Positions 37,419-50,392 of a stretch of DNA of 64,000 bases are shown piece after piece; position 1 is the stretch's first letter, and every line of letters starts with the position of its first letter. The position numbers and the translations under genes are program-made. Source of the DNA: Lophium mytilinum (Eukaryota); the NCBI GenBank assembly GCA_010093605.1, contig MU004181.1:3162001-3226000 (forward strand), read 5' to 3'. Below the pieces are notes generated by a model. It had not been told where the DNA came from. It ran no database searches and saw nothing but the letters and a program-made list of their open reading frames with translations.

Positions 37419-37858
37419 AGCCGTGGTGCGCGGCGAGGGAGAGAGATAGAGAGAGAGAGCGGGAAGGAATTGCCTATCGAAGGCTCCGCCACCAGCCACT
37501 ATCTAAATGACGCTTGGAGAAAATGTGGAGGAACCGAAATGTGGACTACGTATCGTGTTGGGAGACTGAGAGATGGAGAATGGGAGGGACAAAGAGTATG
37601 GACTCTTCTGTACAGATGTCGTTGAAGGAGATATTCTCTAAGAACGCCAGCTGGTAAAAGAAAAAGAACCCCATAGACACAAATCCACCAATGTGAATGA
37701 AGGTCAAACACTAGGCATGATTTCCCTAGCACTGATAAAATACGGAAACAACGTTTTGAGGACTGTCGGTTTAAAAGGCTGGGTATATAAAGCCGAGTCC
37801 GGGTATACACAGAAAGGGCAAAAAAAACAGCTGGAAAAGAAGAGATTAGAAGTGCAAA

Positions 37859-40800
37859 TCATGAAGAAACAGCTTTGACTCGCTGAGCCAGGTGCGCCAG
37901 TCGATTCTTGATGCCAACTGCTAAGCGCGTATTGAAATCCTCCTCTTTCATGACTTCCGCGGCGTACATTATGGTATCGCTAGGGACGGCGAGGCTAACA
38001 AGAACACCCTTTCTTGTTGAAAGCATCGGAGTGCCCTCCGAGTATTGGAGGTATCTTTGAATGGAAGTGTGCTCTGGGTGCATGTTGTCAATCGCAAACA
38101 TGCTGTCGCTGAATGGAGTAAGCGACTTTGCAGATTCGGGCGACTGCGTTGCATTGTTGCAAGTGGAAACCATCCAAAGGATGAGGGCGACGCGGTAGAT
38201 GACGGCTGGGAACCAAAGCGGGCGGTTACTTTCAGGCATCATGCGAACTAGCCGTACGATCTGTCCTAAGTGGAACCATATGCGTGAGGCGCTGCCTACT
38301 GAATTGGTGCGAGCCCAAGAGGTAGAGAGGAACTGCTCCTGGGATACCTCGCCGCGGGCAAGGGCCTCGATATCGGGGAAATGTGTCATGGTATTGAGGC
38401 AGACGAGGTGGTACATGACAAGGTTGGAGAGGAGGATGGGGCAGACGTCCTCGACGCTGCGCATGCGCTTGCAGCACAGGGCGTACCAGTCCTGGAGGAT
38501 GGATTGCACCTCGCGGATCTGGACGAAAAGGCGCTGAGCATGACTGCTGCTAGCGTCGCCAGCAAAACAGCTCAAGCACTGGTGGAGGTGGCACACTAGC
38601 GACTGCAGAGGGTGGAGTAGAAGGCGAAGCTGAAGCTTGGTGAGGTCACGAGACTCAGTCAAGAGATCGCGGCTCATTAGGCGTTTGAACAAGTCGTAGA
38701 GAGAAGGAGGCGTCCTCGTCTGGCTAAGGTCTGTGCCATCATAGACCGTGGCTAAGGCTAAAGACCAGTTATCGGCAGAAGAGGCTTGCCATAATACTTC
38801 CTTATCGGGAAGGGCAGCAGTTAGTTCGGTGATGGCAAGGTTGGGTGCTTGGTCGTGGAACAGGCTTAGTTCCTGATCAGCGATGACCCAGGAGTATACC
38901 AGCCTAGAGCGACGGTCAGTATGGTGTGCATGTTCATCATCGCGTAGTCCGATCATACCTGTTCATGCTTTCGTGCTGCTTCCACTTCTTCCACTCGACC
39001 TCAGTACCAAGCATGCCACAGAACTCGGGCAGAGCGTTTTGTCGGTACGCAAAAAGTCCGGAACGCCGAAGCATCTATAGCAAGTTAGACTAATGATCTT
39101 TATGTGAATTGGATAAGCACTAACCGTCAGGTACAGGTCTGATTGGCTCTTGGCGACCTTGGAACAGTCAGTATGCTACATAGAAAATTTTCATCTGCAG
39201 AGATAACTCACATCCATGTGCCACTTCTCGCCACTCCAAGCAGCAAGATTCATTGAGAGGAGTGCAGACCGGAGAATAGTCGGGTTTTTCCAGAGAGAAA
39301 TGTCGTTGTCGGTGAGATCTGTCAAAAGAATGCGGCAAGATTCGGTCAGGCCGTTAGTGAGATATCCTGCTTCCATGGTGGGCGTTGCGGATGCGCCTGC
39401 AGCAAGGATGAGAAGCAATAGGAGGCACGACGCGTTCTTATTGTCGGAGTTGATCAGTTCCATAGGGTCCAGAACGCCTGCAGAGAAATTCGGATAGTAT
39501 GGCTCGAAACGACAGCTGTAAGACTTGAAAAAGTATTCTAGTGTGGTTGTGGAAGGAGACGTCGCAAACCCCTGATCGAGCTCCGATGATCTGCTGGTAG
39601 TCGGCGACAGCGAGGCGTCGGCGCTCTCGAAAATGACGCGGGCTTTGCGAAGCATCTCCCTTGTCGTATTCATCAGCGCATCTCGTGTAGAGGTCCGTAG
39701 GGACTCAATACGGAGGTTGTTGTTGAAGGCTTCCTGAAGGCGAGCGGCAGCTTGTGGCTGGATAGAGTCCCGCCAAACGTTGGGATTCTTGGGAATTGTT
39801 TCCAATCCCTGAAGATAGGTTTTAGAGGTGCTCAGCTCTGGCGCGGTTGGCTCGCTAGGGTTGCATCGGAAGCATGGCCATTCGTCCTTGAAGGAAAGCA
39901 TGGTATCAACTTCAGGGACTGTGCTCTCGCTCATGGATAGCGAGGGCATGGATCTGGCATGTGCGTGGCGCCGGGTGGGTGACGCCGAGGAAGCAGGCAC
40001 CGACCATGCTGGTAGTGAGGTGGGCGACTCGCAAAGCGAAGGGGTATCTTGTGTAGGAAACATCTGGCTACCGGCGAAGTTTGATTCTAGGTCGGAGGTG
40101 GGCCAGAATGATTGCATCGTTGGGTCGGTTGGCATAAGGTCGGGCAGCTCGCCCTCCCCAAAGCCTAGACCCATGGGGATCTGATTGTCATCTGCCCACA
40201 GTTGTGGGTTCAAGTATTGATCAAACGAGTCTGTGATCATGGGCAAAGACTCGCTCCCGGAGCAAAAGGAGTCAGGGGTCTGGGGCGTCAAGCTGCCAGA
40301 AAGATCAAAGTCGCCATTGTCTATGAGAGGGGGAAACATGGAGAATCCCGGATCAGGACTCCCGTAGTCCGAGTAGGCGTCACTGACGCTCCCGCTTCCG
40401 CTTCCTGAGCTGAAAGGTGGGAGTGGGTGTAGCGTGGGCAGTCCCGAAAGGTCGGCCTGGCGATGGCCAAATTTAGCAGGAGAAGGAATGTCCATTGGTT
40501 GCGATGTATGAGAGAGCTTGTGGTCGGGGCCAGGTACGCTTCTAGGTGATTCTGTGCCGACAGTCGGGACGGATGAGGTTGAGGAGAACCGCTTGTGCGA
40601 GACAAGCTGCTTCTTGGCTTGGCGGTATACGTTGTCGGTAGTCCGCCTCGTCGAGCGAGCCTCGCAGACAAGGCCCTTTGCTGTGCATCGAGAACATGAG
40701 GGGACCTAGAAAACACGACCTGGTGAGCACGGCAATAGAGAAGTAGAGCCCTCATAATTTCAACGTACAGCTTTGTCACACTTAGTCTTGGCCTTCGCAC

Positions 40801-40906
40801 AGATGGTGCAGGCAATTGCTCGTCGCTGGCCAGTCATTGTTGCGAGGGGTACGAGCGATTCCGGTGGTAGCGAGGGGGTATATGAAGCTGCATCGAGGTC
40901 AGCCAT
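37859..40906 (-). CDS. Zn(II)2Cys6 transcription factor with fungal middle homology region
   Basis: ACTICAKAKTKCDKA|VPSCSRCTAKGLVC (intron about 40707-40768), AAWSGEKWHMD, RLVYSWVIADQELSLFHD. Alternative ATG at 40945. Confidence 0.9.
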
Positions 40907-43900
40907 GCTCTCGTCTTTCCTAATCATAACTCTAGTCTGAACCATGGAAATATCACGGCGAGATAGTCGCAGATCTATAGCAGCGAGAAGAGTGACTTGA
41001 CGAAATAAGTGCGTCGACTTACGTGCACGCGTAAAGGTACTGTGTTGTTGCTGGCTGTGAGGATGGCGGGGCGTATGAAGGGGGACGTAACAGGAGAGCT
41101 AGTTGGCGTTGATAATGAGAGACAGAGTTCAGCTGATTGTGAGGCTATGAGAGAAGGTTGCAAGCTTTATATCCGGACATGCTCAGACTGCATCTGCACG
41201 TTAGAGTGAACGTGGGGCACTGACCAGCCACCCAGATATCCACCAGTCCCTGCCGCAGCGTGTCGATGCTGATCCCTGAGGACTGAGGGTAGTGATGGTC
41301 TCCACAATGGCTGTAAGCTCGAAGAAGCAAAGGACGCCGCTAGTTTCACCTGCATGTAGCTACCAGGGCGGGGGCTGTATGCTGACAAGGCCCTGGCCTG
41401 CATGGGTCAGGACGGCGGACGACGGCATGACGACGGGCTTGAGGTTGAGTTCGATTTGGGGCGAAGCCTACTGCGGCATGTAGATGGAGGCGGCAGTGAT
41501 TGCCGCAACGTGCCCGCGTCCTCGACAGCCAGCTGTGCCAGCGCCTGGCTGAATGGCCGCTAAACCGCCGAAGCAGGCCAAAGCTACTACCACTGCTACT
41601 GCACATTGTCTCAAGCGAGGCGTGAGATGCCCTCATGGCTGAGGCCGCGCTGTCGATCCGTCCTCGGCCAGCACAATTAGCTGTCAGATGCAGCGTTTGC
41701 TAGGCAGAGTGTTGCGATGCGCGCCATACGCGGCCAAGGGCGTTGGTGTTCGCTGCCCTCGTTCACGCTGCGTCTCCAGCGTCAATCAACTAAAGTACCG
41801 GCTAGTAGAGGTCGGCGACATGCAACACGCACCCTGGACAGCACTTAGCAATGGTACGGACACGGGAGGGGAGTGTGGGAGCAGCTGTGGCAGTCAACCG
41901 GGTTCAGGGAATTGCTATGTAGCACACGACGTACTCTCCCCAGCTCCCAGCGGCGCTTCTCAGCGTGCTGCGCTGGTGTTCGGCCCTGGGTGCGGTTTGC
42001 GTCGAGGAGGGTGAGTGTAGGCGGATCGGCTCTAAGCACTGGCGGCGCGCCTCCCGCCGCCATACCGGCGCCGACAGGGCTCGAGGGCGCCTCTCAGCCC
42101 GTGAGAGGCCACAATGCGGGCTTCATGCAGCCTGGCCGTCGCCCACAAGCAATGCCAGAGACTGGGCAGATTGTCGATCCGGCGCCGGCGCAGCTCAGGA
42201 TTCGTCCATTGCGTCAACGAGCGTTGGCAGGATTCCCATCCCAGCCCCGTGCTTCAGAACAAATTAAGTCGCATTCACTTATCACACCACAGCGGGGTAG
42301 CTTGCCCTGCTGCTTCGGGGCATAATCCTCTGAGACAACTGCCCACACCCTCCAGCCCATGACCTCACGATCGCCTCGGACCCTGCTCTTTGCGGACCTT
42401 TGCTCTCATTAACGCCAGCCTGCGGCCCCCCAACATCAATGGCCGCGGACAATCGATGCTAAGTCACGTGGGCCTCTCCTAGTATCTCGAAGTCCGGCGC
42501 CGTCGACGGCCCACGGCAAGACCTTCACCATGCTCTTTGATTGTGCATAATGCCGATCGCGTCGCTTCCAAGAAGATGGAGGCCCTTGGCTGAATCTTGA
42601 ATGCATCAAGCTTACAGGCTCCCAAGGCAGGTGGTAGCGCCCTTTGAAACTCGCACGTGCATGGCTGCGCAAGAGAACATCGACGATGCCGTAAACAATG
42701 TCTCCGCAGCCTTATCGTGGGACCCTTATAGCGCCGGCGAGCACCCTTTGCAGACGAGAGGATTCGAATCCAGGCAAGCGACACCCTGGAATACATACAC
42801 TGCCCGCGCGAGGTGTTGCAGGTTGAGTGGTACTGAACTCTCCCGAAGATGCCTTGGCTACGACATGTCTGAAGGATGGACGAGTGGAGTCGGTTGCAGA
42901 TTCGCCGCATATTTTCCGGGTGCTATATTATGGCACTGTTAGGAAGCTAAATTCCCGCATTGGGTCGGGATCAGCAAGGTTTACCCTTCGGTAGAAACCA
43001 CTGTAGTAAGACACCAACGTGAGGCTTAGAGACTTCACGTAGAGACAGCTGTGCTTCCTTTGCTGCAACATGCTTTGAAACCCACAGAATACCAATGACC
43101 CGGCGAGCCCCATCAGTCGGCGAGGTTGGCGTAAGGCGTATGGGTTTGTCGTGAAGTCCGCCAGGAAAGGCCCCAAAAAGGGGCTTTCCAGCATCGGACG
43201 ACTGTTTCAGACATCGGGTCTTACACAACTGTCCGTGGGCTCGGGCACGCTAACAAAGCGTGTTGAGGCTGTAGAGTTGCTGGAGCGGCTCCTGATTGCT
43301 CGGAACATTAGGGTCCTCCCGAGATCTGGAGAAGACGGCTATCATTTGGAGCCTCAACTGATGTCATGTACGGACTTTCGGGACACCAGCCACGATAAGC
43401 ATTGTTGCGGTGCGTAGGACCACCAGAGTCGGGTTGTCCAAATAGCCCAGCCTCGTTTGGGATTCGTGTTAGGTCGCACGCCGTGCTCTTTTTTCGTTCA
43501 CGAGAACGGTCATACGGGTTCCCCGCCCGCATTGTGGGATACTACGATTTCCGGATACCTGGGTGCTGCCTCTTCTGCTCTGCGACGGTGGTGTGGTCGG
43601 TGCTGATCTCGTGCTGCCCGTGTGCAAGGTGACGACGACACTTCATAGGCGTCAGAGTTTTCATGTCCATCGAGGTTGAATGAGGCAGGAGTCTTCAAGC
43701 GAAGCAGCAGCGGCATGCCGAATACGGGCTCGTAGGGTTAGAATCGACTCGGACGGCTGCGAATGCGAGATGGAGGGCCCGGGCGCCCCGATGATGGCTG
43801 CTGCAAGGTCGGTGACTGGGTCCCGACCTCAGCCCTGGTCGTAGGGCTGGACTACTCCCTCGTGGCCACGGTTGCGCAATGTGTGGGGGCTTCGTGGCGA

Positions 43901-44213
43901 TATTCTGGGGTGGGCAGCCGGGTGCCGGAAAGTTCGCAAATTTGTCTTGGAGATAGACACTTATGGTGTTGATGTTTGTAGAAGGATGGCCATAAATTTG
44001 GTGTTCCAGAATGCCGCTAGAAAATTGTGCCACCATCGGCGCACAGGTCCCGGCATCGCAAATGACGACCAAGAAAGACTTGCTGCCTCAATCACCGCTG
44101 GTTTACTCTTAAGATCCCCGGCTACAATCGTTTAATATTATTCTAGCCATCTAGTCGTTACCTGTGAAATTGTTGCTTACCGCCACTCCTTGGAACCCGA
44201 CGAAGGGGAATCT

Positions 44214-45029
44214 ATGGACTTCGCCCCAGCTCTGTTCCTGAGCGGCGAAGATCTCCCAAGCGGATCAACTGTCCCTGATCTCTTGATCTTGAACCAGCCG
44301 ATCTCTCCGTTTGAAGTGTTTGAAAGATTATGGGGGCACACGCGATATCGCATCTGTGCAGATGGAGGGGCCAATCGGCTGTTCGATATGTTTGACGGCC
44401 CATTAGAGCACGCAAGAACAAACTTTGTATGTCTCCCGTTAACAAGATGTCTTCCACTTACTGATAATTGTCAGCTTCCCAGTATCATTCATGGGGATCT
44501 CGACTCCTTACGTGACGATGTGCGTCAGTACTATTCATCGAAAGGAGTTGAAGTGTCGCAAGATCCGGACCAGTACAGTACAGACTTCGCAAAAGCCATG
44601 CGCAAGATTGAACAGACCGACCTCTCCTCACCGCATCGGGAAGTGCTGATCTTGGGAACGCTGTCGGGTCGCGTTGACCAAGGACTGGGCCTCCTCCATG
44701 AAATGACGCGCGAGGAGACGCGCAATCCCAACCTGCGACTGTGGTTGATCTCAGAGACTAATGTGTCTTGGATCTTGAGGCCCGGACGCAACACTATCTC
44801 CACAGGCCTGTCTGCGGGGTACTTCACTCGCAATGTGGGCATCGTTCCCGTCTACGGGCCGGCCCATATTAGCACGACTGGATTGGAATGGGATGTGCAA
44901 GACTGGCCAACCCAGATGGGCCACCAAGTGAGCACCAGCAACCACGCCATGGCCGAACAGGTCGAGGTAAAAACAGATACGTCGGTACTGTTTACCATTG
45001 AGAGGCGTCGACGCTTGCCTGAAGGTTGA
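44214..45029 (+). CDS. THI80: Thiamine pyrophosphokinase
   Basis: LLILNQP, ICADGGANRL, IHGDLDSL, DQYSTDFAKA, GRVDQ, TTGLEWD, STSN. Intron 44427-44474. Confidence 0.95.
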   Translation: MDFAPALFLSGEDLPSGSTVPDLLILNQPISPFEVFERLWGHTRYRICADGGANRLFDMFDGPLEHARTNFVCLPLTRCLPLTDNCQLPSIIHGDLDSLRDDVRQYYSSKGVEVSQDPDQYSTDFAKAMRKIEQTDLSSPHREVLILGTLSGRVDQGLGLLHEMTREETRNPNLRLWLISETNVSWILRPGRNTISTGLSAGYFTRNVGIVPVYGPAHISTTGLEWDVQDWPTQMGHQVSTSNHAMAEQVEVKTDTSVLFTIERRRRLPEG

Positions 45030-46392
45030 GAATTGTAAGAATAGCGGTCTCGATAGCAGACGACGCGTCCTGTTCTGATCAATATGGGTATAGAGTTTAG
45101 AGCTAGAATAGGGCGATGTCTAGATCCGTCCTGCAGAATTGTCGTCGACAGAATCTATCTTGTTGGCATTACGCGGTCATGGACTTTGGGTGCCCTGGTG
45201 CATTATCATGGTGAGAGGGCTGGACGCACAGATGTGGCACGTCTGAGTGGTGGACTGTTCGGCGGGTGCGGACGGTACTCCGAACTTAAGGTTCAACGCC
45301 ACGTCTATGGAAAGCCGAGCTCGTATCATTTAATCTTCCATTGCTGGGGCGTCATATCTGCCATTCGACGTTCCCTTTGGCAGTTCAACGCGCTGTAAAA
45401 TGCCCACGTAAGGGCTGGAGGCGCAAGTCTGACCACAGATTGAGGTTTGGGTGCTGGTTGAGGAGGTTCAGGTGCTGGTTCATGCATCCGTTTCCGCTGT
45501 GGGCCTAGCGGAATCAATCATAGCGCTCGGGCGAGGCTGGTGGGGCACTGATGCTGTAAGCGCATGTCATCTCTCTTGAACGAGTCTAGAACCGCAAGGC
45601 GTTTATCTCCTCATTACGGGCAGCCTCTTGCGATGGCGCCATAGAATCGATCTGGAAAGCACCGCCCACAGAGCTCCACATGCAGCAGTATCATTGCCGT
45701 TGTCGTCAGCCTGCTGGACGCAACACGGATCGAGGTGTGGCCCTCTGGCCTCCTGGCCCTGACGTTACACCAAAAGCAGGGTCCTTCGCGATGCGAGAAC
45801 AACGGCGACTAAAAACGTTCGGAAGAGCGAGACCGAACGCGGCGACGAGAGGCGCCCCTGCAGCGATAGTCGCAAATCAGCTTGGCATAACAACTGCCCA
45901 CTCACACCATCGCTGCACTTATCGCCAACTGGGTACGAGCGGTCGCTCCGGGCTCCTATCCCAGCCTCGAGCGAGCCTGCTTGCTATTATTACCTATGGC
46001 CTGAGCTGCTGGGCATGCCCAAGCTGCCCTTTCCACCACGACTCTCGCAGTCTTCACTTTCGTTTTCCAACGTCGCGACCCTCTCCGCCGGAAGCAGCCT
46101 GCCAATTGCTTTGACCTGTCCAGTCGAAACCCAAGAACGACCTTCTGTGCTTCCCTGCCCGGAGCAGCCCCGAGGCCCATCGCCAGAGCACGTTCGAGGT
46201 CACCAAACAAACCATGGTTCTCTGAATCCACGCCATCGCCCGACTCCCCGCCTGCACGCCCGCGCTCGTCGCACCTCCAGTCGCTACTCCTGAAGCTGTC
46301 GAATGTCGCGCACGCCTCGTGCGGCTCTCTTTCAATTGACCTTGGTGCGACACACGCATTGAGCCAGCTGCTGTCGTTCTCACGGTGCCGGT

Positions 46393-49143
46393 ATGGCGTC
46401 CCCCAGCAGCGTGGCATCACGAACCCTGTCAAAGAGCTCGGCGAGCGAGGAAGAGGCAGAATTCGAACAGTATGGCAGGACATCGTCGGGTCTGCACGCC
46501 GAAGCTGCGGCGGCGGCACTTGGACCACCTAGCCCGAGTCCGAGCATTCTGAGTCGCTCGACGAGCACGCCGAACCTCGTCCCAAAGCAGACCGCCATAA
46601 ACTCACCCCCACCTGCCCAGCCCGCGCCGCCAAACCGGAGATCCAGTTATATGCCTACAGTGTCGTCTCTTCTAAATCCAACCACCCCGCTCGAGCCAAG
46701 AAATGGACTCGCCGAAGACGGCAGACGACTTAGCGATGGATCTGGGTCCTCATCTTCGAATTCGCAGACTCGTGCGATGGGAGCTATTGAAACACCCCGG
46801 ACGCTTCGAGGGCGTCCACCGCCTCGCCGGCCGGTTTACCTGAATCCTCCCAGTTTACCAGGGGCTCAGCATTCGCCGCCGGCGAGCGTGCGAGACTTGG
46901 GCGCCGACTATACTCGTTACTTCAACCCTTTCTCAGACAGCAAGAGAGGCTCTTTCGTGGACGGCACCCCTTCGCGACCCCGCTCTCCAGCAAGCATACC
47001 TGGACCCGGCTCGAATCCATTCAGCACACCCGGAGCCTCTTCCACAAAGCTCAACATTCAAGACGACCCCGAAAGGACAGCCGGCGCTGCAGTGCCTCTT
47101 CTGTTTATGGATGATCGACTAGGCGCGCCATACTCAGAGAAGGCGGGCTACGTGTATCCTTCGGTGGACGAACCGGAGACTGACGACGACATGCATCTCC
47201 CGCAGCCAGACGATGATATCACATTCAAAACGCCCTGGAAGGTGCATTTCAACCGCGAGAACATCGTCTCAACATTTGGCATGTTTTTTATGATCATCGG
47301 GATGCTGTTTGTCTTCGTTGCACTTCCCGTCATGAGTTCCCTGGGTGTCATTTCATACAACTCAGACCAGACCCCTCTTGATCAGATGGGATATGGCAAA
47401 GAGCAGCGCGAGGAGTGGGCCATTGTAAACAACCTAACCTACTCACTATTGAGGAATGTCAGGACGGGTCTAATTGACCCGGCGACGCCATCTCGTGCCA
47501 AGACCAGGATGAGCATCGATGGAGAGGAGCTTGAGCTTGTATTCAGTGACGAGTTTAATGACAACAACCGCACATTCTACGAGGGTGACGACCCTTACTG
47601 GTATGCTCCTGATATCTGGTATGGAGCTACCGTTGATCTTGTATGTAAGTCCGTTCACAGCTGCAGAATTCTATCTAATCTTGCGCAGGATTGGTATGAT
47701 CCGGATGCTGTCACAACTTGGGATGGCACGCTTGAGGTGTGTCACTATGGCCTACATTGGCGACATGATGCTAATGCCAACCATAGATGAGGTTAGATAA
47801 ATTTATAAACCACGGGGTGGGGTATCGATCGGGTATGCTCAATAGCTGGAACCACCTCTGCTTCAAAGGTGGCGTTTTCGAGGTCTCAGTATCGCTGCCC
47901 GGGCCTGCAGGTGTTATGGGCTTGTGGCCTGGCGCGTGGACCATGGGCAATCTTGGAAGGCCTGGTTACCTAGCCACAACTGAAGGATTGTGGCCTTACA
48001 CGTATGATTCCTGCGACGCAGGAATCACGCCCAACCAATCCAGTTATGATGGGCTGTCTCGTCTGCCAGGTCAACGGCTCCCCTCTTGCACTTGTGTGTA
48101 TGCCCGACCAATTGCTAGTGAGTTATGCTAACCGAGTGAAAGGCCCCAACGAAGATCACCCAACTCCGGGCACGGGGCGTGGCGCACCAGAGATCGACAT
48201 CTTGGAAGCGGGTGCCAGCTACGCAGGAATGCCAATCATTACGCAGTCGTATCAGGTTGCCCCATTTGACATATGGTACTATCCTGACTACGAGTTCAAT
48301 GAATACCCCGACTACAGCATAAGCTACCCCAATGGCTATACCGGGGGCCCGTTTCAGCAAGCGTTGTCTGCCACCACGAACCTCAACCATGGTAATTCAT
48401 CACGGCCTGATATTCGGAAACCCTCACTGACGCTCCCTCCAGACTGGTACGATGGAAAAGCATATCAGAAGTATTCATTCGAGTACGTGCCCGGGGAGGG
48501 TGAAGATGCGTATATTGCGTGGTATGTGGGCGATCAGATGACATGGAAGTTGGATGGTCGTGCAGTCGGCCCTAATGGCAATATTCAGAGTCGCCAGGTC
48601 TCGGTAAGCAGCCATCAGCACTTGCGCACGCCCTCATACAGTCTTGCTAATGGTGTAACAGCAAGAGCCAATGTCTCTGGTGTTGAACATGGGGTTCAGT
48701 AATGCATGGACATTCATCGACTTCGCGAAGCTGGTATTCCCGGCGGTGATGCGGTTTGTTGTTTCTCCTTCGTAACAAAATCCGGCTGACTGTCATAGGG
48801 TCGACTATGTGCGGTGGTATCAGAAGTCAGGGAACCACTCAGTGTATGCTCTTCGAGCTCCATGGTCCACGCGTAAGACAAGCTGACACGGTACAGAACT
48901 TGTGATCCCCCCGGGTGGGAAACAACCCAGTACATCAAGGACCACATGAATGCATATACGAACCCGAACTTTACGGTAAGTACTCGCCCTTGACGCAGTG
49001 ATAAGAGGTTGCTAATCTGAGGGTGTTGCAGAAATGGGACCAGTGAGTACTTGGATGCGAGTTCTTGCACGTAGACTTCGCAGCTGACTTGACGCAGGAC
49101 CGGGCATGCATGGCCCAAGCACAAGCTCAACAGCGATTGCTAA
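46393..49143 (+). CDS. KRE6: Kre6/Skn1-family GH16 beta-1,6-glucan synthesis protein (type II membrane protein), many introns
   Basis: Single TM segment, then [57 protein letters not shown] and WPKHKL..C*. Confidence 0.9.
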
Positions 49144-50392
49144 GAATCCCTGATCGATCGATGTTGAGAGGGCGCGAGGTAAAAATAAGAGCATCGTGAG
49201 GTGGCTGGCTTGGTGCTGTACGCTAAGGCCGCTATGGAACCACCATATATTCTTGTGCTTATCGCTGGGCTGGGCATGCAGCGCGCTATTCTAGCCTGGG
49301 CAGGAGCCATCGACCCAGCAATCTGGCAGCGACATCATCTGCTCACGGCGTGCAGCTTCAATCATCGAAAGGCCCCCAAATCCTCCGCTTCTGGCAATCC
49401 CCGCGCTGCTCGCCCGACCTATGACGGCACTCTGCGCGTCCTTCTGCTTCCTAGACGGTGCAGCCTGCTGAGGCATCGTCGCTTTCAGGTCATATGGGTC
49501 TGTATAAGCAACGCTTCCGGCAACATTTAAAACATGGGTTACAACCGAGCATCAGCAACGGATCAGCGCTATTCTTCCTCGACAATCGGCCCCCGCCCCG
49601 TATCGATGCGCCAGCTTCCTACGCTAGCGCTCATCAACCGCTCGTATTATGAGCCGAGCTTGGCGCTCCTCCGCAGGGTCCCAAGGTCCAACATGGCCCG
49701 CATACACCGTTCAGCCCCCCGTGCGACGCGAGCGTGCAAGTCCTCCGATGTCCGGACAGCTCTCGGACCGGTACCCTCGACGCCTCCAGCATCCAGCTCC
49801 TTCCTCAGCTACCGGCACAGCACCATTCCAGCGCCTTTTAGACCTCGACATATCAACCTTCACCTCCACAACACATATCTACCACCCGTTTCCCCGAAAA
49901 CCCCCCCCCTCTTCTCGGAGCATCTATCTACCTCGTCTCTTGCCTTAGTCACGACCCTTATTTATTTCTTCCTTCACGACCCTAGACTTCGCGCCCCATA
50001 TCCTAGATTCCCGGCCTCGACGACTCTCCTTTGCACATAGAATACCCACCTCAGCAACGGGGCAAGTTCGACTCAATCTCGCACGCGGGGCATCGCACTG
50101 TACATTGCATTATCCGGTGCGAGTTCATAATATTAATGTTTTAGCCTTCGTTTGGTTCTTCGCTCCTGGCTGGCTTTGGATTTAAGCGCTCACGGATGCA
50201 TATATATAATGACTGCTGTGGCTTTGGAATAGATGTGGATTGCATGAATGGGGTTGGGTGGCATAATGCATAGTGTTAACGCAAACGCGGTTGATGGGGT
50301 TGGTTTGAATACATCTTGTTCGACATCACTTTGTTTTTCTTGAGATTGTTTGTCTTTGTGCTGGAGTGTGAAAACACGTGAAAGGCTGCTAA

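Noticed and set aside
43733..43741. TAGGGTTAG as a telomerase RNA template on the minus strand
   Set aside because: A single 9-mer is not surprising in 64 kb, and I saw no convincing pseudoknot elements downstream.
41000..44150. Many 60-150 aa ORFs in the 3-kb intergenic region
   Set aside because: No protein-like motifs. The region fits a long GC-rich regulatory region between the divergent Zn2Cys6 gene and THI80.
49200..50100. Short ORFs between KRE6 and PDC
   Set aside because: Overlapping frames with no recognisable domain and no consistent exon structure.
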